NCBI RefSeq assembly: GCF_000143415.4
Contig: NW_003314289.1
Coordinates: forward strand, 566,292 to 630,291
DNA from: Selaginella moellendorffii
Taxonomy: Eukaryota > Plantae > Lycopodiophyta
Direction: 5' to 3'
Length of the DNA stretch: 64,000 nt
Positions 36,824 to 49,005 of this stretch are shown here, in pieces. Position numbers and translations under genes: made by a program. Under the pieces are notes generated by a model. That model searched no databases. It saw nothing but the letters and a program-made list of their open reading frames with translations, and was not told the DNA's origin. Each line of letters begins with the position of its first letter. The stretch's first letter is position 1.

Positions 36824-37512
36824 TATTCCTTTACTAAGTTTTTAATGTATTTTATTTCAAGGTGAACAATCCGAATCTGAATCAGAGGAGGCGTGATGGC
36901 ATGTGGCCCTTTGCACTAGTATATCTTAATACCGGTCTGAGAAATAGAATGGCATGTGCCCTCAGGCCTTTTACTAAATCACCTTTGAAAGAAATGCAAG
37001 CCTCTATGTCGTAAAAAAAAGGTACTAGAGAAATTCCTTAATAATATGAATGTTATTTAGTTTCATGAAAATACACTAAGGGTCAAATGAGTTAAATGAC
37101 TTCTCCAGACTAGCAATGCCTCTTGCTACACCTTCACAATTAGATTCGTTAGAAAAAGATAACATTGAATAATATCTAAATGTTCTCACCATTAAGTTAT
37201 ATGTCTGGCTAATAGGAATGACGTTCATCTTGGAAAGCTCACCACACGCTCAATGAACAAACAAATAGTGTGTGCGCGCATGCCATCGCTCTTCTTTAGC
37301 TTCAGATTCGGCTTGTTCACCTTGACAATGAGATTTTTTATACAACCAGATGGACTCAGTCTGGACACAAAGTCACCGCGCTAGTCACCATGCCCCAGAT
37401 ATGTCTAGCCCCTAGACAAAAAACATATAATTTCACGTCATTTTCAAATACTTGAAAATTTGTACCTAGTCCCATTTTACTGAATAAATCCCACTTTAAC
37501 GAAATAGAGCTT

Positions 37513-38450
37513 CTCGGGGTACATTCAACATTCGCAGTCTCCGGTTGGAGCGCTTATCTTCTTTGTCAAGAAGAAGGATGGGAGTTTGCGGGTAGTCATT
37601 GACTATCGAGGTTTGAACAAGGTGACTATTTGGAACCGTTATCTGCTGCCCCTGATCTTGAACCTATTGGAATGCCTCAGTGGTACCCACTTCTTCACCA
37701 AGATCGACCTCTGTGGAGCATACAACCTGATCCAGATCCGGCCTGGTAATGAATGGAAGACTGCATTCCGAACCCGCTATGGCCACTTTGAGTACACTGT
37801 CATGCCATTTGGCTTGACAAATGCTCCAGCAGTTTTCCAACACATGGCGAACGACATCTTTTGGGAGTTTCTTGATCAGATGGTGATCGTCTACCTCAAT
37901 GACATCCTCATCTACTCAAAAACTCAGGAGGAGCATGACAAACATGCATGCAAGGTGCTGGCAAAGCTGCGAGAAAATGGCCTATACATGAAGCTTGAGA
38001 AATGTTCCTTCGATCAGCAGTTTGTAAAGTTCCTTGGGTACATTGTCACTCCTGAGGGTATCACGATGGATCCTGCCAAAATCAAGACTATTCTCGAATG
38101 GGAGCTTCCACAATCAATGTCGGACGTTCAAGTTTTCCTTGGCTTCGCCAACTTTTACCGCAAATTCATTGATCATTACTTTGACATTGTCCTTCCTCTC
38201 ACGCATCTCACTCACAAGGATGTTCCCTTCTCTTGGTCTGCTGTTGCCCAGCAGGCCTTCGACACACTCAAGGCGGCCTTCAGTTCTGCTCCCATCTTGC
38301 TCCACACTGATCCCTCACAACCTTTCTTCATTGAGGCTGACGCCTCTAACTTTGCCATCGGTGCTGTGTTGTCTCAACTCGGAGTGGATCAAGAATTTTA
38401 TCCAGTCACTTTCCATTCTCGGAAATTCCAGCCTGCGGAGATCAATTACA
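37513..38450 (+). pseudogene. RT-RNase H of the host gypsy element (3' half)
   Basis: DYRGLNKVT, KTAFRTRYGHFEYTVMPFGLTNAPAVFQ, YLND(D) motif, EADASNFAIGAVLSQ. Confidence 0.92.
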
Positions 38451-41400
38451 ATCATCTTAGACTCCTCAGACTCCATCTTAACACTTCCACATGTCATTTA
38501 TTGGTCCTCTTGGGTCCCTTTTTTAAAGACTCACAACTTGCTTTATGTTCATTCTTCGAGCACTTCCTTGGGAGTTCCACTCCCACTCTCAACTATCCAA
38601 GTTGAAACTTTTAGTCCAAATGTGTTACGATCATTTAGCTTTCCCTTTGGCCACTACCACATGGCACCCTTTCGGCTCCACTTTGGGGCTTAGGGATGTG
38701 TGTCTCACATAGGGATAAGGGTCAAGTGTTAACTCTCCCCCTTAACTACTCCTACATGGTGGCAACTGCCATTTCTTCCTGAGTTCTGATTGTTAAGATT
38801 GTAATCTTGAGTGTCAAGGTTGTAATCCTGATTGTCAGGAAAATACTCAAATGCATGGTTAATCTATTTTGCTTCACTCTCCCATGACTGAATGGAGCTT
38901 CGTTTTGAAGCTCTTACTGCTCCATTATGGCGCTTGGCTTTGTTGGCGTTGGATTTCCTGCGAGTTCGACTTTGAACTTGTTGAGTCTTTAGTGGAACTT
39001 CTCATCATTGTCATTCTCCTTGTCGTGCTTGTTTGCATTGTCGTCTTCCATTACTACAGGCTGCTCCAACTTCAAAATGCAAATCTCGTTGTGGAGCTCC
39101 ATGTTTTTTAGCGAGCTGGTCGTTGATGTGTTATGTCTCCACATATACTATCCCCTAGAAGGACATATCTCTAGGGTTAGGGTTTTGCCCTTTGCCATGG
39201 AGTGTCAAGTTTGAGTCCTTGTAATAACTTTCTTGAGTTTTCTCTTTATTGGTGTGGTAGTGTTGGAGAAGCTTGCTTCATGTTGGTTTTTGGCACATTT
39301 GTTGATGAGTCTTGTGAGATTTGTTGGTCTCTAAATCTTGCTTTTTGTTAAAGTTCTTCAAGTCATTATTTTTCTTCATATTGCTTTCTTGAGTTTGATT
39401 CTTCAAAGTCTTTTTTGTGTTGGATTTTTGAACTTGAGCTTCATATTTCTTGATTGCATTAAGTTCTTGAGCTTGAACTTTATACACCTTGAATGTGTTG
39501 AATTCTTGAGTTCGAGTCTTTGTAATCTTGATTTCTTGATCTTCATGCTTGTAACTCTTGTTGATGTTTCATTTTTTCTCTTCAAAGTTAAAACCTTTAT
39601 TTCTTTCAAGGTTGTTGTTGATGACATTTGAGTTGTACAATTGGTATTTCTTGAGCCTATTAAGGTGGACGGTTTGGAGATGCTCGCCATCAAGTGTTGC
39701 AATTGTTACCATTCCCAGAGCTTTGAATTCTTGGATGAAGAATAATCCTTCCCATCTTGACTTCACTTTGGAGCCAATTTTCTCGATGTTTCCTTGAAAC
39801 TAGAGTACTTGATCATTGATCTTAAATTCTTCACTTTTCTTTAGTCTTCTCTTTCTGTCATGGTTGGCTTTTCTTTGAGTTTGAATGGCTTCAAGTGTCC
39901 AAATTACTTGTAGTCATTCTTCGTCAAGTTTTCTAGCATTGCTAGTCTTCTCTTGATTGATTCTTCTTGGTTGATCTTGTAGTGTAGTGTTATTTGTAGT
40001 GAAGGAATGATGTACTTGAGTGGTGAGAGCTTCTAAACTGTAAGTAAGCTTGAATGGTATTGAATTTATTGAAACCTTGTATGAAGTTCAATATGCCCAT
40101 AGGGCATTGTACATGTGATCATCTCTGTGTTTTTTATTTGTCTTTATGATTTTCTTGAGGATGTTCTTGAGTGTCTTGTTTGTAAACTCTACTTAACTGT
40201 TGCCTTGAGGGTAATATAGTGTTGAAGCCTTATGCTTGATCGTGAATTCTTGAGTCAGAATTTTGATAGTGTTGTTGAGTTGATGAAGTGTGTCCCTCGA
40301 TCAGTGACAAGTTCTCAAGGTAAGATATATCTTGTGATGATATTTTTGTAGATGAATTTTGCTGTTGCAATCTTTATTGGTTGAGCTTCAGCCCATTTTG
40401 TTATGTAGTCAGTTGCTATGAGGATGTACTTGTTTTGCTTAGAGCTTGTTATAAGTGGTCTAACAAAGTCGAGTCCCCATTGTTGAAATGGTTCCAGTGG
40501 TGTTGTTAGATGAAGCTCTTCATTTTGTTTCTTTAGTGCATACTTAGTTTGTTGAAAAATATTACATTCTTGACAAAATTTTGCTAAGTCATGCCAAAGT
40601 GTTGGCCATCAGAATCCCTCTTACAAAATCTTGCAAGCTGTGATTTCTTTTGCAAAGTGGCCTCCTACTTGTCCATAGTGGGCTTCTTCAAGTAGATCTT
40701 GAGTTTCTTCAGGTTGTACACATCTTCGTAGTATGTTGTCTCATCCTTTCTTGTATAATCTTTCTTCCACGACTGAATATAATCGTGTCCTCAAAATAAA
40801 TTGTTTACAGTGATCAGAGATAGAGTATCAACTTGGTATTGTTGTTGTTGTGAGGTAGTAGTAGATATCATCCATCCATGTTAGTGATGTGTGGATATGA
40901 AGTATATTGTAGTCAAGAAAGTCATCCATGTTGTATTTCAGTTGTTCACCAATTGTAATGTGGCTGAGGTGGTCGTTATATACATGTTATTTGTTGGGTT
41001 TGTGAATAATCTCAAAGTTGTATTCTTGAAGCAATAAGAACCATCGGGCAATTCTACCGGTGAGGAAGGTCTTGTTGAGGAGGAGGTGTAGAAGTGCTTT
41101 GTGATCAACTATGATCTTGACTTTGGTGCCGAGTAGGTAGTGTTGAAACTTTTGTAACTCTAAAATACAAAAGTTACACCACCGATAATTATCAATTGTA
41201 TCCACCATCACCAAAAGAACAAGTTCCAAACAACACCGAAAACATAACACTCATCAACCCAGCAACATCGTATGGCAACATGATCACCTACCTGATTTTC
41301 ATTAAAAGTAAAACTGAAGATGCAGAAAGACATCTTTAATAATTCAACTACATCATCAAAGTTAACCAGTAACATACAAATGAAGCACTTCTTTTTCCTT

Positions 41401-44400
41401 TTACACTCAAAGGCAAAGCACTTGAATGGTATTACAATTGGAATGAGACTGGAATGAGACTACAAAGAAGCATAAATCTTGAAAGCATATCTAGAGTTAA
41501 AGCCTCTCATCAAAGTTCATCTTAACTGAGTCATCCCGAAGAACAGTACATATTGCATAACAAATCCTAATATTCAAGAAAACAATCTTGAAGGCAAATT
41601 CTTAAGTCACAAAAATCGACACACCAATCAAAATCAAGAAGCAATGAGATTGACTAGGAATCAAACTTGAACAACTCCAACTGATTCATCAACAAATCCA
41701 TTTTGAAGAAGACCTAGCACTTCAACAAGAAGGAACTCAACTCATATCTATGCTCAACCTTGAAGAATTAACTAAAGAAATTGACTTAGGAATTGAAGAC
41801 AAACCAAAGAAGCTCTACATGGCCAAAAACCTTGACCTTAACTTCAAGAAAAAACAATCAATCTTCTCAAAAGGTATAAAAATGTTTTTTCTTGGTCATA
41901 TATAGATTTGCAAGGAACCTCCTAAGATCTACATGCACCGAATCGAGCTTGTACCTCAAACTATACCAAGAAAGCAAGCAGCCTTATCAAATGAACCCTA
42001 ACATGCAAGCGAAAGTTAAAGAAGAACTTGACAAGCTTGAGAACGCTAGCTTTATCTACCCAATTCAAAACCAGAATGGCTATCACCACTTGTCATTATC
42101 CCTAAGAAAAGTGGAAAACTCAAAATTTGTATCAACTACAAAAACATCAATGATGCAACCCGAAAAGACACTTTCTCGATTCCATTTTCTGATGAAATTC
42201 TTGATATAGTAGTTGGACATAAAATGTACTCATTTCTTGATGGCTTCAGCAGCTATAATCAAGTTTACATTGCACTCAAAGATTAGCATAAGACAGCCTT
42301 CATCAATTCTTGGGGCGCTTATACTTATCTTCAAATGCATTTTGGTCTTTCTAATGCACCATTTACTTTCCAGAGAATCATCACTAACACATTTCAAGAT
42401 TACCTCATTGACTTTATATGATTTTTTATGGACAAATTTAACTTCTTCAACAGTAAAGAACAACATCATTCTTAAGCATGTTGAATGCTTATTGACAATC
42501 TTGAGTCAAGTTGTAGACATGATTTTTCTTGAGAAGCGCTATAAGGGGTTTTGCAATCTTTGCGTAATATTTAATGAAGCATCGATGGTATCCCATTTTG
42601 CCAAGGAAGGATCATAGTCTGGTGATGTTTATTAGATGTTGCATGTTAATGATGGCAAGTGTCTTGGCTTTGTCGACAAGGATGCATTCTTTGCAAACAA
42701 TGTATCCAAGTAGGATGCCAGATTTAATGAAGAAGGTAGATTTCTCTGGGTATAAGGCAATGTTGTTCTCTCGGCATCTGATGAAGCATTTATCAAGATG
42801 TTGGATCAGTAACAAGAGCTCTAATACTCGCCCAACCAAACTGGGACAAAGACTTCAACATACAAGTTGACACTTCTGACTATGCCATTAGAGCGATACT
42901 TTCTCAATAACAACAAAACCTCAAAGATCAACCAATCTATTATGCTAGTCGAAGACTCAACTCAGCTAAGATGAACTCCACCACCACCAAAAAAGAAGTC
43001 TTAGGAATGGTCCACACATTGGTCGTATATCTTTGTTTAGTTATAAATCTTCTATTGTTGAGTTGTTTTTTAATTTTGTCATACTTCTGTGGCTTGATTC
43101 ATTGACTTGTGTTGCTTATCATAGGTGTTGAATATCATCTCAAGGATTTCTTCTTGAGCTTGAGTTTTCTATTGTTTGTTTAGTATTGAAGGTTGTTGGA
43201 GTTATTGTAAGCAACCAAAGAGAACGACTCGAAAGACGATCCATGGGGTTCAAATATAGAGGGAAAGGGCCCATGAACAAGGTGACCTCCCAGGAAGTTT
43301 AAATTCAAGAGCTTACATTTGGTATCAGAGTGGTCTCAGGTCTGACTCTGTTGGTTAGCTAGGGGAATCACACCACATGTTGATTGACATCTAGCAGGTC
43401 CAGTTTGCTCCCGCTGGGCTCGACCTAAGGGGTAGGGTGTCAAGAGAGCAGGGCTCTTAGAAGAGCTGCAGCTCTCAGCTTCCGTTCACGAGGGTGTGAA
43501 CTTACAAGGAAGCGTGGTGGATTATAAGCAACCAAAGAGAATGACTCGAGAGGTGGTCCATGGAGTTCAAATATAGAAGGAAAGGGCCCATGAACAAGAG
43601 TGCACCCCCTTTTTTAATTGGTTAAGGGTTTTGAGATATTTGGGGTTAAGCGTCCTTGAGTTTGAATAGTACTAGGCTAGGTGACCTCCCAAGAAGTCTA
43701 AATTCAGGAGTTTACAATTATCTTCTACTTTCTTGATTTTCTTGTCGTCGGTCTCACTCTTGTATCTTGAGTGGATCAGGTTTATACTTGTACATTTGAT
43801 GTTATACTGGATTTTTTTGAGTTGTCATTTTCTTGAATTTGCTTTCTTGAATTTATTTTGTTGGATTTGTTGTTGATGTCTTTGGTTTATTGTGTTCTTT
43901 TTTAGGAAATATTGTGTAATTATAGAATCATATGGTGTAAACTAACACAATCTTGTGTGTTGATATTTGTGTTATTACATCATACTCGTACAAGTGTATT
44001 TAGTGTTCTTTTGCCCAAGCTCTTTGTATTTCTTCATCTTGTAATTCATGTATAGCTGTGTCGACGGGTATAACGCATCCATTGAAAAATTGTCATCCGA
44101 TGATTTCTTTGATTTATTGTAGTAGAAAGGTTGGAAGTTTTTCGTAAATTCGTTATACTTTGTGCTGATTGTGGTGTTTTTTCTCTTCTATTTGGCAAAT
44201 GTATTCTTGATCTAGGTAGATATTGGAGATCTAAGAAAGTTTAAGAATGGTTCTCCACGTGTAGAGTTTGGTTTTGTCTTGGTTTCCTATAAACTTCTCA
44301 TAATGGATAATGACTCTAGAGCAGATTGGTGTATGTGCTTTTTTTCTTTGTTAAAAATTTTTTCTTGAATCTCGAGAGGTAGATTCTTGAGTGTCTTTAG

Positions 44401-46372
44401 GAGTTTTCTTGTATCCTGCATTCAAAGATCAGAAATATCATAATTGCAATTTCTTTGATTTTCACATTTTCTTCTTTTGATTCTATTGCATTGTTATTCT
44501 TGGTAGTCTTGTATTTATTGAGTTTCTTGTTATGATGCTTTGATAATTTCTTGAACTTCTCTTGGGATTATTTCGATGATGATTGTGTTTTTGTTTTATA
44601 GTTTGGTTACAAGAATTTTAGTGATGACTCAAATTAGTGTTATTGTGTCGATATCAACACACCAAATTTGTCTGTGAATTCAAAAGTTGGTATTTTCTGT
44701 ATTGGTCTGAATGACTATGATTGGAATTTCAGTGCTTCAAATTAAATCTTGAGGTTGAGCTCTTCGAGTTTGTGTATAACCTTAAATTTGAGGTTGTTCT
44801 TGTGCTTGTTGACATGACAGTTGTCCTAGAATGTATTTTTGTTTGTTGTGGTTGAACTCTCAACTACGGTAGAACTCTCAAATATGGTGGGAGATAAAGT
44901 TAGGGTTGTTCATTTGTAGCAGATCTTTTAATCTTGAGATTTCTTGTTGGTGTAGTTGATGGCAGAGTTGATAGTCTTTAATTTCACTAATGCACATTAC
45001 TATGCTTCGATGTGAACTTAGGTAAGTGTTATTGTTGATAGTGTGTTGCTGATTGGTCCTTGCAATAGTCAAAGTAGAATCTTTGTGTTTTCTTGAGTGT
45101 TGGAATTTCTTCATCTAGCAAGGACTTCACAGATTTCTTGTTCAACAGTTCTATTTTTGGTTGTTGAGAAAGTTTATTATCAAAACCTAAAGTAATTGGT
45201 ATAAAATTTTCTTGTTTATGTATTCCTAAGAAATTGATAAAAGTGTGATAAAAAATATGACTTCAATTTACCCACATCAATCTTTAAATTGTTATGAAGT
45301 GGTCAAACTAGATGTAATTTTGCTTATGTATACTTCCATTCTTTTTAGTTTTCTTTCTTCTCTATTGCTTTGCTAACTTCCTCTTTGTCTTTAATTCTCA
45401 AAGTAGTCTTCTTGGCTATGCAATAAGCACATCTCCTCTTCAGATAGCACTTAGTGTATAGCTTTGTACAGTTCTGGAAACCAAAAAGAAGACAATTTTT
45501 ATATTTGGTATATGCTCGGTTTGTAAAGGGATAGTTGTATTGTTTCATTTGCTATTGTAGACTTTCTTGACTATCAAAAAAGTATTCTTGAGTGTAAGGA
45601 AAACTTTTTTGAGTCTTCGGGAAAAGTTTCTTGAATTCTACAATCTTGAGTGTTCTTGAATGTTGGTTGTAATTGCATTGATTTCAGTGGAGACGTGTAT
45701 ATTAGTTTTCTGCCATCTTCAATCAAATTGGGTAGTCCTTGTTTTGTTGAATTTCATTAAGGTCTTTACGATTTTACCATCTTCATCTCTTTCTCTTCTC
45801 TTTAGTATGTTTCTTAGCATTTCCTATTCAGATTTTAGATTTTTTTTATAATGTCTCCTATCCCATTATGGTTGCAAGTGAAAACTAGAAGATTTTTGGT
45901 GAAGATAGGCTGCAATTTTGTTGCAAGTGCAAAAAAGAATTTGGTGAAGAATTAACTGCGACAGTTTGCTGTTATGATTGTGCGTTAGCACAATAATTCT
46001 CACCTTGGAACAAACTACCAAACACATGAATCAATCAGAAACTAACTTAAGACCTTTGATCCCCAAGGAGGCTTATACAAGTGATCATGAGTAAGGATAA
46101 GTTTGACATCATTAGAATACTTTAAGTCTTGAGCAAATGGATGTGCATTGGTGATAGAATAGAGTATAATAAAGATAGGGATAGAGGTCTTAACTACTCC
46201 TATATAGTGGCAACTGCCACTTTTTCTTGAGTCTTGACTATCAAAATTGTAACCTTGAGTGTTAAAGTTATAATTTTAACTGTCAAGAAAATACTTAAAT
46301 GCATGATTAATCTGCTATGCTTCACTCTCCCACGACTGAATGAAGCTTCATCTTGAGGCTCTTATTGCTCCA
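38450..46372 (-). mobile_element. Old AT-rich degenerate Ty3/gypsy element with internal inversions
   Basis: Integrase remnants on minus (39570-41150), RNase H C-part QKFQHYLLGTKVKIIVDH on minus, RT pieces on both strands; ~185-bp direct repeats at 38740-38930 and 46189-46372. Confidence 0.7.
43206..43716 (+). mobile_element. Cassandra-like TRIM with 5S rRNA-derived LTR sequence
   Basis: LTR1 43206-43317, PBS TGGTATCAGAG, LTR2 43523-43716 containing GTTAAGCGTCCTTG..AGTACTAGGCTAGGTGACCTCCC..GAAGTC (5S A/IE/C-box-like); TSD GTTAT/ATTAT. Confidence 0.85.
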
Positions 46373-49005
46373 AACACAAATCCATTTTCTTCCATGTTTT
46401 AATTTTTTATTAATAATTTTATCATTCCCCCTCCTCTTCAGATGAGCTTTTGACAATTCCAACACTAGTGAATTGTGAAAATGTGAGCCTTATCCTCACC
46501 TATTATCATACTAATTTGTCTTTAAACTCTCAAGAGAAACTTTATATTTCTAGAATAATAGCTAAGCATGATATAAATCTATAAACTTAAGTTTATATTT
46601 TAAGGAAACTAATGAAATCACAAAGCTGGTGAATTGCCATATATGAGTTTGCAAAAACATTTTGCAAGCACATTGATGAGTATGGTGGTTGTTTTATTAT
46701 GATAAAGGGCATATAAGCTTCTGTGTCTTCATATCAAAGCAAGAAGTTTTGATATTTCTACTTTAAGATTGTTTTCTAATTTTATTTAGCATATAAAGAA
46801 TCTACTTTTGGCAGTTAGAGGGACAAGACTCAAGACACTAAAGCTGCAAAAGAATGGAGTCATCCATAGTGATAGAAGTAAGTAATGTAATGTTTTTCTA
46901 TAAAAAAACAAGAAGGATGGTCCAAAGTTGAGTTTAGCTCACGAGTTTGAGCTCAACTCAACACATGTTAATACAAGTCAATGCTGTCAACTATAAGTCT
47001 TATTAAGGAAATCTAAATTGAAAAAATGAATGTTCTAACAAAGTTTAAAATATTGAAGCATATAAGAACCTGAATCAAAAGTTTCTATTAAATTGAGTGG
47101 TTTAGAAAAGACAAAGATTATAAGAATTTATATTTTCTACATTTTAATATGACTACTTTTTCAACTGTCATATTTTGACTTTTGTAAATTATTAAAAAAG
47201 AATTAAAAGAAAAAAGTTGAAATATTTTGATGGTTAGACATTATTAGTGTATATTAGTCAAAGCAAAATACATTCCTTTATTTAAAAGGATTTTTAGGGT
47301 TCTTGAGATAATGGGAAGTAAGGAAAACAAAAACTCTATAAGTAAAAGTTGTAGTGCATAGCAATATGAGAATGTTAATTTTCTCACTATCACAATCTCC
47401 ATATTACACTCTTGATCCTCTAGGAATGTGAAAATTACTATCAATATTGATGAAAATGCTCATGTTACTTCCCAAACAATAGTTCAAAGTAAGAGAAATG
47501 AAGAAATGAATAATATAGTGGAAAGCACTAACAGATTTACTCTATAAAATATTTTATAGCATTTATAATTTATATATTAATTTACATTGAAAACTTTGTT
47601 TGCCTGCCCATATTGCAATCCTTCTATATAAGAAGAGCAAGGTATATTTTCACAGTGAATTCCCACTAAAAGTTTTTGGAAGTTGTTTGTGAATAATAAT
47701 AATAGAAATTAAAATCTTTTTATAAATTCAAAAGTAATATCACATCATAGTGGGGCATGCTTGTATGCTGACATTCTCTTCTATGAAATTGCCTTTTAGT
47801 CTTAGAAATGTAGATAGACTTTATTCCACTATAATATGATTTATATTTCCTTGCAGTCTATTTCCCTAAAAATTTTGCACATATGTCAAACAATATATGC
47901 ATAATGGAGTAAGTGTTCATTAGAATGATAGAGTATGTATACACAATAATCTAGAATTCTAGAAGCTCTTTTGTTTACAAGCAAGCTATAATTATAAAGT
48001 CCTAGTTTTAAGACTGACAATTTACAAATTTGACTATTGTTAGTATCATACAAAATAAACTTCATTCCCAAGACTAAAATTTAGTATATAACCTATAAAA
48101 AAAAGTTATAGTCATTATAGTTTTTTTGTTGTCTTTAAGGTTCTTGGAATGTTGAAAACTAAGGGGCTAAGTATGAGTAGCAATAACTTTTTTTTGAGCC
48201 ATTTCTATATAAACTTAATCTCTACCTTCATCCCTATGTTTTACCAACAATCCACTTTCACCTCTATATAAAAATCTTCTTTTTGCTGGGGGCTCTAGTA
48301 AAGTTGAATTGGTTTTTGACATTAGTTACCATATTTACAAATTGGTTCAAAGTTCCATTGCAGTAAGGGTGGAAAGCTCCTTATATATGAAATTTTAGAT
48401 ATTGCTACTAAAAAGGGATTGCCTTTAGCATTTCAAGAGTAATGTCACATGTTTTTATAAAATTTTGCTTCTGATATGGTGGGATTGTTTGAAAACACAA
48501 AACACTATTATATTTGGTGTTTAATATATTACATTTTTTTAGACAAAACAAATAGCTCTATGGGTCTATAAACTTTTTTGAAGCATTATAACAATTGCCC
48601 AATAGTGAGTCTAGAAAATATGCATATATGGTTATACAATATATTCAAGAACAAATTACAAACATATGCTTCATGGTGAGGAACAACATCCCTTTGGGAA
48701 ACACTATATTGGCTAGTGTAGAATATGGTATTTTTAGGCCACCCTACAGTGGATTTAATATCTAGAATTGCTTTACTATACTATAGTATTGTCCCTTTTA
48801 AAAGAATGTTCTAGAGTGGGATATCCATAATATATTCATGCCTATGGTAATCTTTCTATATTATAAAATAATTACAAAAACCAAGGTATTAAAAGTGTAA
48901 TGTTTGATTTAGAAATAGTTCGTAAGAAGAAAATGTATAAGCTCTCTTGCCGGCCTTTAGATCCACACAATAACATTCCCATTCTTCAGTTAGCACTGTT
49001 GAGGT

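Larger units (their letters stand above)
27009..37286. repeat. Dispersed 22-bp palindromic motif ATGGCRTGWGGCCWCAYGCCAT, ~20 copies within the transposon
   Basis: Copies at 27009, 27200, 27341, 28840, 30117, 30177, 30254, 31001, 31080, 31820, 31892, 32796, 32868, 33483, 33581, 33651, 35497, 35554, 36896, 36949, 37265; weaker copies near 24335 and 24626. Confidence 0.9.
24239..37512 (+). mobile_element. 13,274-bp TIR DNA transposon (Sola1-like) with a large cargo gene
   Basis: Perfect 24-bp TIRs AAGCTCTATTTCGTTAAAGTGGGA (24239-24262; reverse complement at 37489-37512); CTCG duplicated at 24235-24238 and 37513-37516; removing the element restores RT codons CTT GCC TCG GGG TAC. Confidence 0.93.
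21892..38450 (+). mobile_element. Degenerate Ty3/gypsy retrotransposon split by the 13.3-kb DNA transposon; 3' part truncated
   Basis: Putative 5' LTR ~21892-22264 with CCACATTCCTGACTCTCG repeats; gag with stops (FPAKFSGKRSDLRGFL, CLYCADPNHKAALC), protease LLDSGATSCF; RT ..EYVDENLA[S] resumes at 37513 as [25 protein letters not shown]; RNase H ends at AEINY. Confidence 0.9.

Noticed and set aside
27009-37286. CRISPR array interpretation of the palindromic repeats
   Set aside because: Spacing is irregular (tens of bp to kb), copies are degenerate and intronic, there are no cas genes, and the context is eukaryotic
43640-43700. 5S rRNA gene
   Set aside because: Only the internal promoter part is present, and it is embedded in a TRIM LTR
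46400-48990. Possible decayed gene or TE in AT-rich DNA
   Set aside because: No recognisable motif or boundary that I can support
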